Of a DNA stretch of 24,750 bases, positions 1-7,448 are shown one piece after another (the first letter of the stretch is position 1; every line of letters starts with the position of its first letter). Source of the DNA: a virus (lineage: Duplodnaviria; Heunggongvirae; Uroviricota; Caudoviricetes); the IMG/VR virus record IMGVR_UViG_3300033069_002010; one strand, given 5' to 3'. The notes below the pieces were generated by a model, which saw nothing but the letters and a program-made list of their open reading frames with translations, searched no databases and was not told the origin of the DNA. The translations under genes were made by a program, and so were the position numbers.

Positions 1-1029
1 ATGATAAAAGAGGAACAAGTTTTAGTGAAAATTAATCTTCGCAACATCTCACACTATCTGAACTTAGGATATTCTATTGATAATTTCAACATGAAGGAGG
101 GTAGGGAAATAATGGTTAAAGTCACCGATATCCCCAAGAAATCACATTTCAGGATAACCGCAATATGTGAGATATGTAAGAGCGAAAATAGCATAAAGTT
201 GTCTAAGTATTATGTGAATCTCGAAAGAAACAACAAAGGATACTATTCGTGCTTCAACTGTAAGAACATCGAAAAGGAAAAAACCTGTCTGAAAAAATTC
301 GGAGTAAAATCATTCTCACAGACGGACGAATTCAAAAATATAGACAGATCAGATTGGAATTATGAGGAGAGATTCGAGAAAGCTAAAAAGACTAGTCTTG
401 AAAGATATGGAGTCGAGCACTATTTCGAATTGGATTCGATGAAGGAGTTGAATAGAAAATGGATGTCATCAAGGGATTTTAAGGAAAAGTCAAGAAACAC
501 GATGTTGGAAAAATACGGTGTAGACAGTTACTCGAAAACAGAAGATTTCAAAAACACTATGGTTGGAAACAAAGATAAAATTGTCGCAAAGATTAAAAAG
601 ACTTTCATGGAAAAATATGGGGTTGAATGGACATCCAATCTGGAATGGGTTATGGAAAAAGTGAAATCGACAAGAGTCAAGAACGGGTATGATATCCCAG
701 ATGAACAACTGTCCGATTTCGATAAGTACAGGAAAAAGGTCAGAAACCTAACCAATAAATCAATAAAAAAACTGTACGAGGATTGGGATGGCACAGATTA
801 CTATGACAGTGAATACATAAAGGGAAATTTCTGCTACTCATCAACACACAGACTTTATCCTACCGTGGACCATAAAATATCAGTCCATTTCGGATTCATA
901 AACAACATTCCTTACGAGGAAATAGGTTCCATGGAAAATCTGTGTATAACAAAACGATGTATAAATTCATCAAAAAGACAGCTTATAGAAGAAGAATTCG
1001 TCAAGATGATCGACCCTCAAACCCCCTGA
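1..1029 (+). CDS. Putative free-standing HNH homing endonuclease with N-terminal Zn ribbon and four internal YGV repeats
   Basis: 342-aa ORF. CEIC...CFNC zinc ribbon; four (K/R)xTxxx(K/R)(Y/F)GV repeats; C-terminal TVDHKIS...ENLCITKRCINSSK matches the beta-beta-alpha-Me HNH/HNN pattern. Its 3' end overlaps the primase 3' end by 29 bp. Confidence 0.75.
   Translation: MIKEEQVLVKINLRNISHYLNLGYSIDNFNMKEGREIMVKVTDIPKKSHFRITAICEICKSENSIKLSKYYVNLERNNKGYYSCFNCKNIEKEKTCLKKFGVKSFSQTDEFKNIDRSDWNYEERFEKAKKTSLERYGVEHYFELDSMKELNRKWMSSRDFKEKSRNTMLEKYGVDSYSKTEDFKNTMVGNKDKIVAKIKKTFMEKYGVEWTSNLEWVMEKVKSTRVKNGYDIPDEQLSDFDKYRKKVRNLTNKSIKKLYEDWDGTDYYDSEYIKGNFCYSSTHRLYPTVDHKISVHFGFINNIPYEEIGSMENLCITKRCINSSKRQLIEEEFVKMIDPQTP
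277..660 (+). repeat. Four degenerate ~36-aa protein repeats inside the HNH gene
   Basis: EKTCLKKFGV (T95), KKTSLERYGV (T131), RNTMLEKYGV (T167), KKTFMEKYGV (T201); spacing 36, 36 and 34 aa. Confidence 0.8.
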
Positions 1030-2182
1030 CCTTCTTGACGTATTTCTTCTTTTCCTTTTTCGGGATCCACCTGAGGTCCATTATGTCTTTGCTGAAGAAA
1101 TCCTCGAGTTTCAGGGATTTGTATGGGTTTGGTGACAGTTCGGCCAATTTGTTCAGGTCTTTCACCTTGGATATTCTGTACATCAGTCCGTAGGGGTCGG
1201 TTGGGTTTTTTCTGTCGACTATGTCCTGGAAAAGTTTTTTCCACAGAAAGACCGGGTAGTTTTCTTTTATCTTGAGCTCTGACTTGTCGAATCCTGCCTG
1301 ATCGTTGTCGTAGAAGTATTGGAGTTCGAGGTTGTTGGATTCTAGGAATTTCATGTCGGTCTCGACTCCGACCACACCGATGGAATTGGGGTAGAAAAGG
1401 GAGTCTAGATATCCTTCAAATACGGTTATTGTTGATCCGAAATCGACGTTGAGGATGTTGAAATAGTAGCTCAGTTTGTTGTAGATCACCAGTTGGTTTA
1501 TGTCGATGTCGGTTATTTCCTCGACTGAGTGGATCCATTTGTAGAGTGTCTCGAAATTGTAGATTTTGAAAAGTCTTTTTCTTCCTTCTTTCAGGTTTCT
1601 TATTTGGATTCCGAGGACCTTGTCACCTCTTCGGTTGAGAAGGCATATTATGGGTTCGTACCGGTCGGAATTGTACCAATATCTGGCTTCCCAGATATTT
1701 TGGTGGAGGTTTGGTGAGATTCCGCGTCCAGTGAGGTATTTGAAAACCAGGCTTCCTGGTTGTATCGGCTTGAAATCAGTTATTATTTGTTCCCCGCTGT
1801 TGAATATTCTCTGGAGATCCTTCATATCCAGAAGACGGTCAAACTGAGCGTCCATGAGATCATCCTCGGCGTCCCGATATGACATGGTCTCGTTGAGGTG
1901 GTTGATGAGTTCCAGTTTTTTCTCGGGGTCCATCCTTTGGTCGAAATCCTTGGCGAATCGGTCAAGGTTGGTTTTCTTTCCGCAGTTGAAGCAGACATAG
2001 ATAAGTTTGTTCCACCATATGTTTCCCCTTTTTTTGGACTCGCTTTTTCCGTCTCCGCAGTAAGGACAGCAGAAATTTAACCTATCGTGGAATTCTAATA
2101 TTCTTCTTCTATTTTGGGAAGTGAATTCGGTATTCAGGATGTTCTGAACGATATTTTTGAAATAGACCTTATCCATTTTCAT
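1001..2182 (-). CDS. gp61: DNA primase, T4 gp61-like
   Basis: 393 aa. N-terminal Zn finger NFCCPYCGD...YVCFNCG; TOPRIM motifs TVFEGYLDSLF and FYDNDQAG; C-terminal KVKDLNKL. The start could be ATG 2182 or 2176. Confidence 0.9.
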   Translation of the reverse strand: MKMDKVYFKNIVQNILNTEFTSQNRRRILEFHDRLNFCCPYCGDGKSESKKRGNIWWNKLIYVCFNCGKKTNLDRFAKDFDQRMDPEKKLELINHLNETMSYRDAEDDLMDAQFDRLLDMKDLQRIFNSGEQIITDFKPIQPGSLVFKYLTGRGISPNLHQNIWEARYWYNSDRYEPIICLLNRRGDKVLGIQIRNLKEGRKRLFKIYNFETLYKWIHSVEEITDIDINQLVIYNKLSYYFNILNVDFGSTITVFEGYLDSLFYPNSIGVVGVETDMKFLESNNLELQYFYDNDQAGFDKSELKIKENYPVFLWKKLFQDIVDRKNPTDPYGLMYRISKVKDLNKLAELSPNPYKSLKLEDFFSKDIMDLRWIPKKEKKKYVKKVRGFEGRSS

Positions 2183-2213
2183 GATATTTTTTTATTGGGA
2201 TAAGTTTTTTCTG

Positions 2214-2221
2214 TATATTTG
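2214..2221 (+). promoter_or_regulatory. Bacteroidota-type -7 promoter element (TAnnTTTG)
   Basis: TATATTTG in the divergent intergenic gap, 4 nt before ATG 2226. The same 8-mer precedes the other plus-strand operon at 23093. Confidence 0.5.
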
Positions 2222-2225
2222 AGTT

Positions 2226-2507
2226 ATGGAAAAACAATTCGGAAAGCTTACGAGGGTCAGAACAGTATCGGACCGGAAGAACCCGTATTTCGACGACGGT
2301 AGGGTGTTTGTGGGATATTTCACCGAATCTCCCCAAATCGGTAGGGGGTTCACTTTTTGGCAAAAGAACGACATTCCGATTTACACCACCGTGGTTGTCG
2401 AGATTATCGACAATTTTACCTTCAGGACCGAAAATACCATTTACCATCTGATTACAGTAGAAGAAGAAAGAGATCTTAAAATAAAAAACATAATCGAGAA
2501 TGAATAA
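2226..2507 (+). CDS. Hypothetical protein, 93 aa, beta-rich, with C-terminal RDLKIKNII motif
   Basis: ATG start, phage-like composition, 8-bp overlap with the next ORF. Confidence 0.75.
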   Translation: MEKQFGKLTRVRTVSDRKNPYFDDGRVFVGYFTESPQIGRGFTFWQKNDIPIYTTVVVEIIDNFTFRTENTIYHLITVEEERDLKIKNIIENE

Positions 2508-2994
2508 CAAGGAAAAACATATGGAACTGCTAGAATTGATATTCCACTACGTCAATTCGACTGAGGAAAAAATATCCTCATCTAAGTCAAGCTTCAGATA
2601 CGAGAAATTAGATAAATCGAATGAGAAAAAGGAAGTGAGATACCAGGATTTGAAAGCGTATAGGTTCGAAATAGTCAAACCCGAAATGAAAATAAAATTC
2701 GATATTTCCATTTTTCGGAAGGAAGGGTTTTTCTCGGACAACCACATCATCGAGATACTACCAAGGGAGAACCGGGATTGGGGATCGAGACATGATGTTA
2801 TCATCATAGACACCCACATTTCGGGATTTCCGAAAAAGATTCTCAGAAAGATATTCGACACTCTTGAGAAAAAGGAGTCTGAATTCTTTCTGAAACAGAA
2901 AGAATCCCAATTGGGAGGATATATCGAGGAAATCCAAAAAGGAATAGATAAGTCGTATTCAAGGGACAACAAGATAGAAAATCTCCTGAAATAA
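2500..2994 (+). CDS. Hypothetical protein, 164 aa, with C-terminal RDNKIENLL motif
   Basis: Coupled to the upstream ORF (ATGAATAA overlap); stop is followed directly by a terminator hairpin. Confidence 0.8.
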   Translation: MNNKEKHMELLELIFHYVNSTEEKISSSKSSFRYEKLDKSNEKKEVRYQDLKAYRFEIVKPEMKIKFDISIFRKEGFFSDNHIIEILPRENRDWGSRHDVIIIDTHISGFPKKILRKIFDTLEKKESEFFLKQKESQLGGYIEEIQKGIDKSYSRDNKIENLLK

Positions 2995-3027
2995 AAAAGA
3001 GAGGAACAAATCCTCTCTCTTTTTTTT
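2993..3027. terminator. Bidirectional intrinsic terminator
   Basis: Stem AGAGAGGA (2998-3005), loop ACAAA, stem TCCTCTCT (3011-3018); T8 tract at 3020-3027 and A-tract at 2993-2997; lies between convergent genes. Confidence 0.8.
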
Positions 3028-3430
3028 ATTTCATTTTTCCAAGTGTCTTAGCCAACTGAAGCTGTCTGTATTTCGACAAATCCCTTTTGCCCAATCCCTG
3101 GACTCCTGGGGTTTCTGGATCCTTGTCCTTTTTCCTAAGAGATGAGAGTTCACCTTCTATGTCGGAGGAGCTGATTTTCTCGCCTTTTTTCTTGTGCATT
3201 TTCCTTCTGAGGGAACCTGGTCTTTTGATGGCGTCGGAAATCCACTTTTTTTCGTGAACCTCTTCCTCATGGGAGGTTTCGTCCTCCATCATGCACATGC
3301 TTGTGAGTTCTTCGGAGGACATGCTTTCGAGTTCCTCGCGGCCCCATCCGCAGTCGCAGAGTTTGCCGATCATTTCCTCGCGTCCCATATCGACGGAACC
3401 GTAGGATTCGAATGTTTTCAGGTGTTTCAT
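3026..3430 (-). CDS. Putative internal head protein: CTS-like N-terminus, acidic segment, basic KKWI..AIK.PG.LR domain
   Basis: 134 aa; starts MKHLKTFESY; acidic first half; basic second half KKWISDAIKRPGSLRRKMHKKKGEKI...LAKTLGKMK. Last gene of a tightly spaced three-gene minus-strand unit (1-nt and 3-nt gaps). Confidence 0.6.
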   Translation of the reverse strand: MKHLKTFESYGSVDMGREEMIGKLCDCGWGREELESMSSEELTSMCMMEDETSHEEEVHEKKWISDAIKRPGSLRRKMHKKKGEKISSSDIEGELSSLRKKDKDPETPGVQGLGKRDLSKYRQLQLAKTLGKMK

Positions 3431-3433
3431 AGT

Positions 3434-4534
3434 CTATTTCTTATTTTTTCTCTTGTAGGCAAACTCCTTATACAAATCCTTTGCCAATCCAGTTCGGTTT
3501 TTAGCCATATTGTGATAGTCATCCTTGGGAAGATCCCTGGTGCTGGGATTTCTCCACTGCGCGTCCGAAGTCCATTTGCTGAACGGGACTATTGATGATT
3601 CGAGTCCAGGAGCCTGGTGCGACGATTCGTGCATCTCCCCTCCCCGGAACTTGGTTCTTTTTCCTCCCTTGAGTTTGGGATCGGTTGTCTTGAACACCGA
3701 CAGTTTCATCTGGTGGTCGTCCTCATATTCGAGGGCAGATTTTTCCTTGAAGAACTTCTGTATGTGTTCGACATTCTTGGGATCGTCGTCGGAGAATCCG
3801 ACCGAAACGCTCTTGACTCCGAGCTTCTTCCCGAAACGGTTGCATTTCTCGATGAACCTGTCAAGCGCCTGTTGTTTTGCCATTTCCGGATTGGCCGCGG
3901 TCGACTGTCCGAATTCCCTTGCGAAAGAGTCGGAGCTGACTCCGTAATAGTCACAGTTGTCAAGATAGTCCTTAATAAGTTCGGTTTCCGAAAGCTTTCC
4001 CTTGGGAATCCTTTCAAGTTCCTCAGACTCATACGGGGAGAACAGGTAAGCGTGTTTCAGGCAGTTGGAATACATCAGGAACTGCTGGTCTTCGGTCAGG
4101 ACCTGGTCCACTATGTACTTGACGGCGGATTTGATGGACTCGGGCTCGTGTCCCCTTGCCGTCACGATTGCGAAAAGAGCCCCTTCGGTCAGGCATTTTA
4201 TGAAAGCGTCCCATGAAGGCCCGAATCTTCCCTGGCTGACAGCATCCATCGTGTCCTCAAGGAATGCCCTATCCCCCCTGGAACCGTAGTCCCGGAATTC
4301 GGAAAAGGCGAAAACCGGATCGTTGTTTCTCAGACGGTAGTTCTCCTTGTCGTTTCTGACAGTGGCGAATTCGGCGGTCGAGACGTCGATCGGGGACCAT
4401 CCGTCACCGACTTTCCGGTCCATGTGGATCACGGTCGGCATGTGGAGTAAATTGTCATCCCAGTCGAATGCGTAATAATGGAGCTTGAAATCCCGTTTTG
4501 CCTCGTTGAAGCTTGAGTATCTTCTTATTTTCAT
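3434..4534 (-). CDS. HAD-superfamily phosphohydrolase with CTS-like N-terminus
   Basis: 366 aa. Motif I YAFDWDDNL (DxD), motif II AIVTARGH, motif IV GFSDDDPKN. Starts MKIRRYSSFNE. Confidence 0.75.
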   Translation of the reverse strand: MKIRRYSSFNEAKRDFKLHYYAFDWDDNLLHMPTVIHMDRKVGDGWSPIDVSTAEFATVRNDKENYRLRNNDPVFAFSEFRDYGSRGDRAFLEDTMDAVSQGRFGPSWDAFIKCLTEGALFAIVTARGHEPESIKSAVKYIVDQVLTEDQQFLMYSNCLKHAYLFSPYESEELERIPKGKLSETELIKDYLDNCDYYGVSSDSFAREFGQSTAANPEMAKQQALDRFIEKCNRFGKKLGVKSVSVGFSDDDPKNVEHIQKFFKEKSALEYEDDHQMKLSVFKTTDPKLKGGKRTKFRGGEMHESSHQAPGLESSIVPFSKWTSDAQWRNPSTRDLPKDDYHNMAKNRTGLAKDLYKEFAYKRKNKK

Positions 4535-4535
4535 T

Positions 4536-4898
4536 TTAGTGTTTGCGGTACTTCATTTTCTTTGTGTTGAAAAATGCAGAGAACGATTCAAGGGCGCCTT
4601 CTTCCTCTCCCATTTCCTCTTCTTCCATTTCCTCTCCGGATTCTTCCTCACCCATTTCCTCTTCGGCTTCCTCTCCCTCATCTCCGAGGTCTGATTCTTC
4701 CTCTCCGAAAGCGGACATTTCCTCATCTCCCATTTCCTCCATATCTTCACGATCTTCGGTTCCAGGTTGGTCCTCGCCGCCTTCGAGCTCGAATTCCTCG
4801 ATTACTTCCCCGTCTTTTAAAGCCTGAACCATAACTTTACCTTCTTCGGATTCGGATATTGTTATTTCGTATCCATGCATTTCAATAGTTGTTTTCAT
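4536..4898 (-). CDS. Highly acidic low-complexity protein (possible prohead core protein or nucleic-acid mimic)
   Basis: 120 aa; short folded-looking N-terminus, EEMGEEE-type repeats, C-terminal LESFSAFFN followed by a basic tail; preceded by TAATATATA. Confidence 0.7.
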   Translation of the reverse strand: MKTTIEMHGYEITISESEEGKVMVQALKDGEVIEEFELEGGEDQPGTEDREDMEEMGDEEMSAFGEEESDLGDEGEEAEEEMGEEESGEEMEEEEMGEEEGALESFSAFFNTKKMKYRKH

Positions 4899-4917
4899 AC
4901 AAATATTTATTTTTTTT

Positions 4918-4926
4918 TATATATTA
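4918..4926 (-). promoter_or_regulatory. Putative phage late-type promoter TAATATATA
   Basis: 19 nt upstream of ATG 4898; the identical 9-mer occurs at 4955, 12623 and 18185. Confidence 0.6.
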
Positions 4927-4954
4927 AAAATCGAATTCCGTTTTTGACATATCC

Positions 4955-4963
4955 TATATATTA
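4955..4963 (-). promoter_or_regulatory. Second TAATATATA copy in the same intergenic gap
   Basis: Exact 9-mer 37 nt from the first copy; the near-palindromic core could alternatively serve clpP on the + strand. Confidence 0.45.
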
Positions 4964-5007
4964 AACTTTTCAGGCGAAAAGGACTAAAATCAAAAAACCA
5001 AAAACAA

Positions 5008-5667
5008 ATGTCAAACGACTTTCTCAAATACGCGACCAAACACCATCGCATTTCATCAACCTATATCGATTCCTACAAAAGGAAAAACTCGACCCATCTG
5101 ATTCTGGACGACTCAGGAGAGGGAATAATGGTCGACATATTCTCAAAACTGATCGACAGCCGGATAATATTCCTTTCCAATGAGATGGAATCCGACATCT
5201 GCAACATAATCAAGGCCCAACTCCTTTATCTGGAACAGATGGATTCCGAAAGGGACATCAAAATCTACATCGACTGTCCAGGAGGATCGGTCTATTCGGG
5301 ATTGGGCCTTCTCGACACCATGGAATACGTCAGTCCCGACATTATGACCATCAACACGGGTTTGGCTGCATCGATGGCTGCCGTTCTTCTGGCATGCGGA
5401 ACCAAGGGAAAGAGAAAATCCCTGAAGAGGGCGAGAACCATGATACACCAGCCCCTTTCGGCCAGTTACGGATACTCACAGGCATCGGATATGGAAATCG
5501 AGGCCAAGGAGGTGAACTCACTGAAAAGGGAACTTTATGAGATACTGTCGGAAAGGACCGGACAGAAATTCGAAAGGATAGAAAAGGATTCGGACAGGGA
5601 CTATTGGATGAACTCAGAGGAGACCCTTAAATACGGACTGATCGACGAGATTGTCAGAAAAAAATAA
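5008..5667 (+). CDS. clpP: ATP-dependent Clp protease proteolytic subunit, phage-encoded, Bacteroidota-type N-terminus
   Basis: 219 aa. RIIFL, IYIDCPGGSV, GLAASMAA (catalytic Ser), MIHQP (His), QASDME (Asp), DRDYWM, YGLIDEI. N-terminal DFLKYATKH resembles the DFRKYATKH extension of Bacteroides ClpP. Confidence 0.95.
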   Translation: MSNDFLKYATKHHRISSTYIDSYKRKNSTHLILDDSGEGIMVDIFSKLIDSRIIFLSNEMESDICNIIKAQLLYLEQMDSERDIKIYIDCPGGSVYSGLGLLDTMEYVSPDIMTINTGLAASMAAVLLACGTKGKRKSLKRARTMIHQPLSASYGYSQASDMEIEAKEVNSLKRELYEILSERTGQKFERIEKDSDRDYWMNSEETLKYGLIDEIVRKK

Positions 5668-5690
5668 ATCCACCTTACGGTGGATTTTTT
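5666..5690. terminator. Bidirectional intrinsic terminator
   Basis: Stem AAATCCACC (5666-5674), loop TTAC (GTAA, a GNRA loop, on the - strand), stem GGTGGATTT (5679-5687) plus T-tract; lies between the convergent clpP and 5689..6345 stops. Confidence 0.85.
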
Positions 5691-6345
5691 ATTTACCCTC
5701 ATCGGGTTTCTTTTTGGGTTTGGGTTCCTGTTTTGGTCGGTCCGCAGGCTTTTTGACATCCTGTTTCTTGGGAGCCGTCTTTTTAGGCTGTTCGGGTTTC
5801 TTGGTTTCCGGTTTCTTGACATCTTTCTTGACATCCGAATTATGGGACTTGTTCGGTTTGGGTTTCCTTGATTTAGACTTTATGTCCTTGACAGTCTCAA
5901 CCTTCAGGGGAGTAGGACTCAAATCCTTAATCAGTTCGGCATCGGTGATGATTGTCCTGCCATCGGCGATGTATTCCGTCTTGGCGGATTCCTTGTCTTT
6001 GGACATTCTCTCTTCCAAATCATTAAATATCGATTCGGAGATCGCTTTTCCAATCTCAACCGTCGTTTCGTCAATCGTGGATTTCAGCTCCAGAAGTTTG
6101 GAAGTCAGATCGGGATAGTTCTTCGAATTTTCCAGAAGATAGTCGATGTAATGCGTGAAACTCGACATTTCTGTTTTTTTATCGACATCAGTCTCAACGG
6201 TTTCAACGGTTTCGGCTGTCGGAAGGTCTCCTGTCGGACCGACTGGAGAAAACAACTCCATTTCAGGTTCGGTTTTTTTGCTTTCCTTTTTGGAAAGTCC
6301 GGTTTTTTCCAGGACAAAAGTCCATATTTTTTTCAAAAAATCCAT
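5689..6345 (-). CDS. Hypothetical protein with amphipathic N-terminal helix and Lys/Pro-rich histone-H1-like tail
   Basis: 218 aa; MDFLKKIWTFVL start; short ETVETVET repeat; last ~65 aa dominated by K/P (KKPETKKPEQPKK...); preceded by ATATATA and followed by a terminator. Confidence 0.75.
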   Translation of the reverse strand: MDFLKKIWTFVLEKTGLSKKESKKTEPEMELFSPVGPTGDLPTAETVETVETDVDKKTEMSSFTHYIDYLLENSKNYPDLTSKLLELKSTIDETTVEIGKAISESIFNDLEERMSKDKESAKTEYIADGRTIITDAELIKDLSPTPLKVETVKDIKSKSRKPKPNKSHNSDVKKDVKKPETKKPEQPKKTAPKKQDVKKPADRPKQEPKPKKKPDEGK

Positions 6346-6358
6346 ATTTCAATTTTTT

Positions 6359-6370
6359 TATATATATATC
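6359..6370 (-). promoter_or_regulatory. Putative late-type promoter GATATATATATA
   Basis: 13 nt upstream of ATG 6345. Confidence 0.5.
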
Positions 6371-6420
6371 AAAGTATTTGGTTCCCCTCCACCAAAAACA
6401 TAAAAGGTAGGACATGTTTT

Positions 6421-6430
6421 CATATATATA
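6421..6430 (+). promoter_or_regulatory. Putative late-type promoter CATATATATA
   Basis: 5 nt upstream of ATG 6436; would drive the Zn-finger ORF, the endonuclease and possibly uvsW. Confidence 0.45.
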
Positions 6431-6435
6431 GGTAT

Positions 6436-6582
6436 ATGAAATGTCAATATAGAAACTGTCAAAATGATTTCAGTGGAAGAAATAATAAGAAATATTGCTG
6501 CATAAAATGTAAAAGAAATGAAGCTAAATATAGAAAAAGAAATAAGATAAAATGCCTAAGAAATTGGAGTGGGAGGAAATAA
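6436..6582 (+). CDS. Small basic Cys-rich (putative Zn-finger) protein, 48 aa
   Basis: 3' part of track ORF 6151..6582, starting at ATG 6436: MKCQYRNC...KKYCCIKC followed by a basic helix; directly after an ATATATA motif; overlaps the next ORF by 31 nt. Confidence 0.55.
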   Translation: MKCQYRNCQNDFSGRNNKKYCCIKCKRNEAKYRKRNKIKCLRNWSGRK

Positions 6583-7448
6583 TAAAAAGATCATCCGATA
6601 TCCATAGTAATAAATATGAATATAGGTTTCAGATCCATAAAAACGGTAGAGATAAAATTTCAATCACATGTCCGACACATGGTGATTTTAATCAATCAAT
6701 AGAAGCGCATTTGAATGGGAGAGGTTGTCCCTCTTGCGCGGGCAATACAAAATATACGAAAGAAAGTCTTAAAATAAAGTTATTTTCAATCTACTCAGAC
6801 AAATATGAATATGATTTAGATGGATTTAAAAACAACGAAAGTATAATAAGGATCAAATGCGACTTACATGGTTGGTTTAAAATGAAGGTGGCTAACCACC
6901 TTCATGGTCAAAAATGTAAAAAATGTTCACATATGGTCTATTCAAATGATGATTTCAAAGAAATTTGTGATAGACTTCATAATGGATATTATGACTATAG
7001 TTTAGTTGATTACAGAAGCTATAAGTCAGTTATTAAAATAATATGCCCTAAACACGGAATTTTTGAGCAAAACGCAAGGACTCACTTTAGAGGACACGGA
7101 TGTCCTCTTTGTAAAGTATCAAAGGCGGAATTGAAAATTTTATCCTTTTTTAAAAGCAGAAATATTGATATTGAAAGACAGAAAAAATTCGACGGTTGTT
7201 TTAACAAGTACAAACTCCCATTCGATTTCTATCTAACTAATCAAAATATTTGCATCGAATATGATGGATATCAACACTTTCATCCAGTTGATTTTTTTGG
7301 TGGGGAAAAAAATCTCATCATACAAAAAAAGAGAGATACTATCAAAGATAGATTCTGTGATGAAAACAATATAAGACTATTTAGAATAAAATATGATGAG
7401 GACATCGATAAAAAATTAGAATCAATATTGAATGAAATTCAAATATGA
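6552..7448 (+). CDS. Putative free-standing homing endonuclease: three Zn-binding repeats plus Vsr/DUF559-like PD-(D/E)XK nuclease
   Basis: 298 aa. Three CxxHG..F......H..G..CxxC repeats (DUF723-like); C-terminal LPFDFYL...ICIEYDGYQHF...KDRFC..NNIRLFRIKY. Markedly AT-rich; overlaps the uvsW start by 17 bp. Confidence 0.8.
   Translation: MPKKLEWEEIIKRSSDIHSNKYEYRFQIHKNGRDKISITCPTHGDFNQSIEAHLNGRGCPSCAGNTKYTKESLKIKLFSIYSDKYEYDLDGFKNNESIIRIKCDLHGWFKMKVANHLHGQKCKKCSHMVYSNDDFKEICDRLHNGYYDYSLVDYRSYKSVIKIICPKHGIFEQNARTHFRGHGCPLCKVSKAELKILSFFKSRNIDIERQKKFDGCFNKYKLPFDFYLTNQNICIEYDGYQHFHPVDFFGGEKNLIIQKKRDTIKDRFCDENNIRLFRIKYDEDIDKKLESILNEIQI

Noticed and set aside
3525-4289. Long plus-strand ORFs (3617..4216 and others) opposite the HAD gene
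   Set aside because: Antisense shadows of a gene with intact motifs; no recognisable domains or own promoter motifs.
4570-4760. Repetitive TTCCTC/CATTTCCTC tract (a similar one lies at 20510-20660)
   Set aside because: Explained by Glu/Asp-rich coding sequence on the minus strand; not an independent DNA repeat element.
4944-4990. TTGACA upstream of clpP as a sigma70 -35 box
   Set aside because: No TATAAT-like hexamer at 16-18 nt spacing; TAAAAT lies 35 nt away.
6377-6420. Two weak inverted repeats (TTTGGT/ACCAAA and AAAACAT/ATGTTTT) upstream of the endonuclease island
   Set aside because: Short AT-rich stems with large loops, compatible with chance; no support for a translational repressor hairpin.
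6151-6435. 5' part of track ORF 6151..6582
   Set aside because: Overlaps the minus-strand gene and runs through intergenic promoter motifs; only the part from ATG 6436 looks coding.
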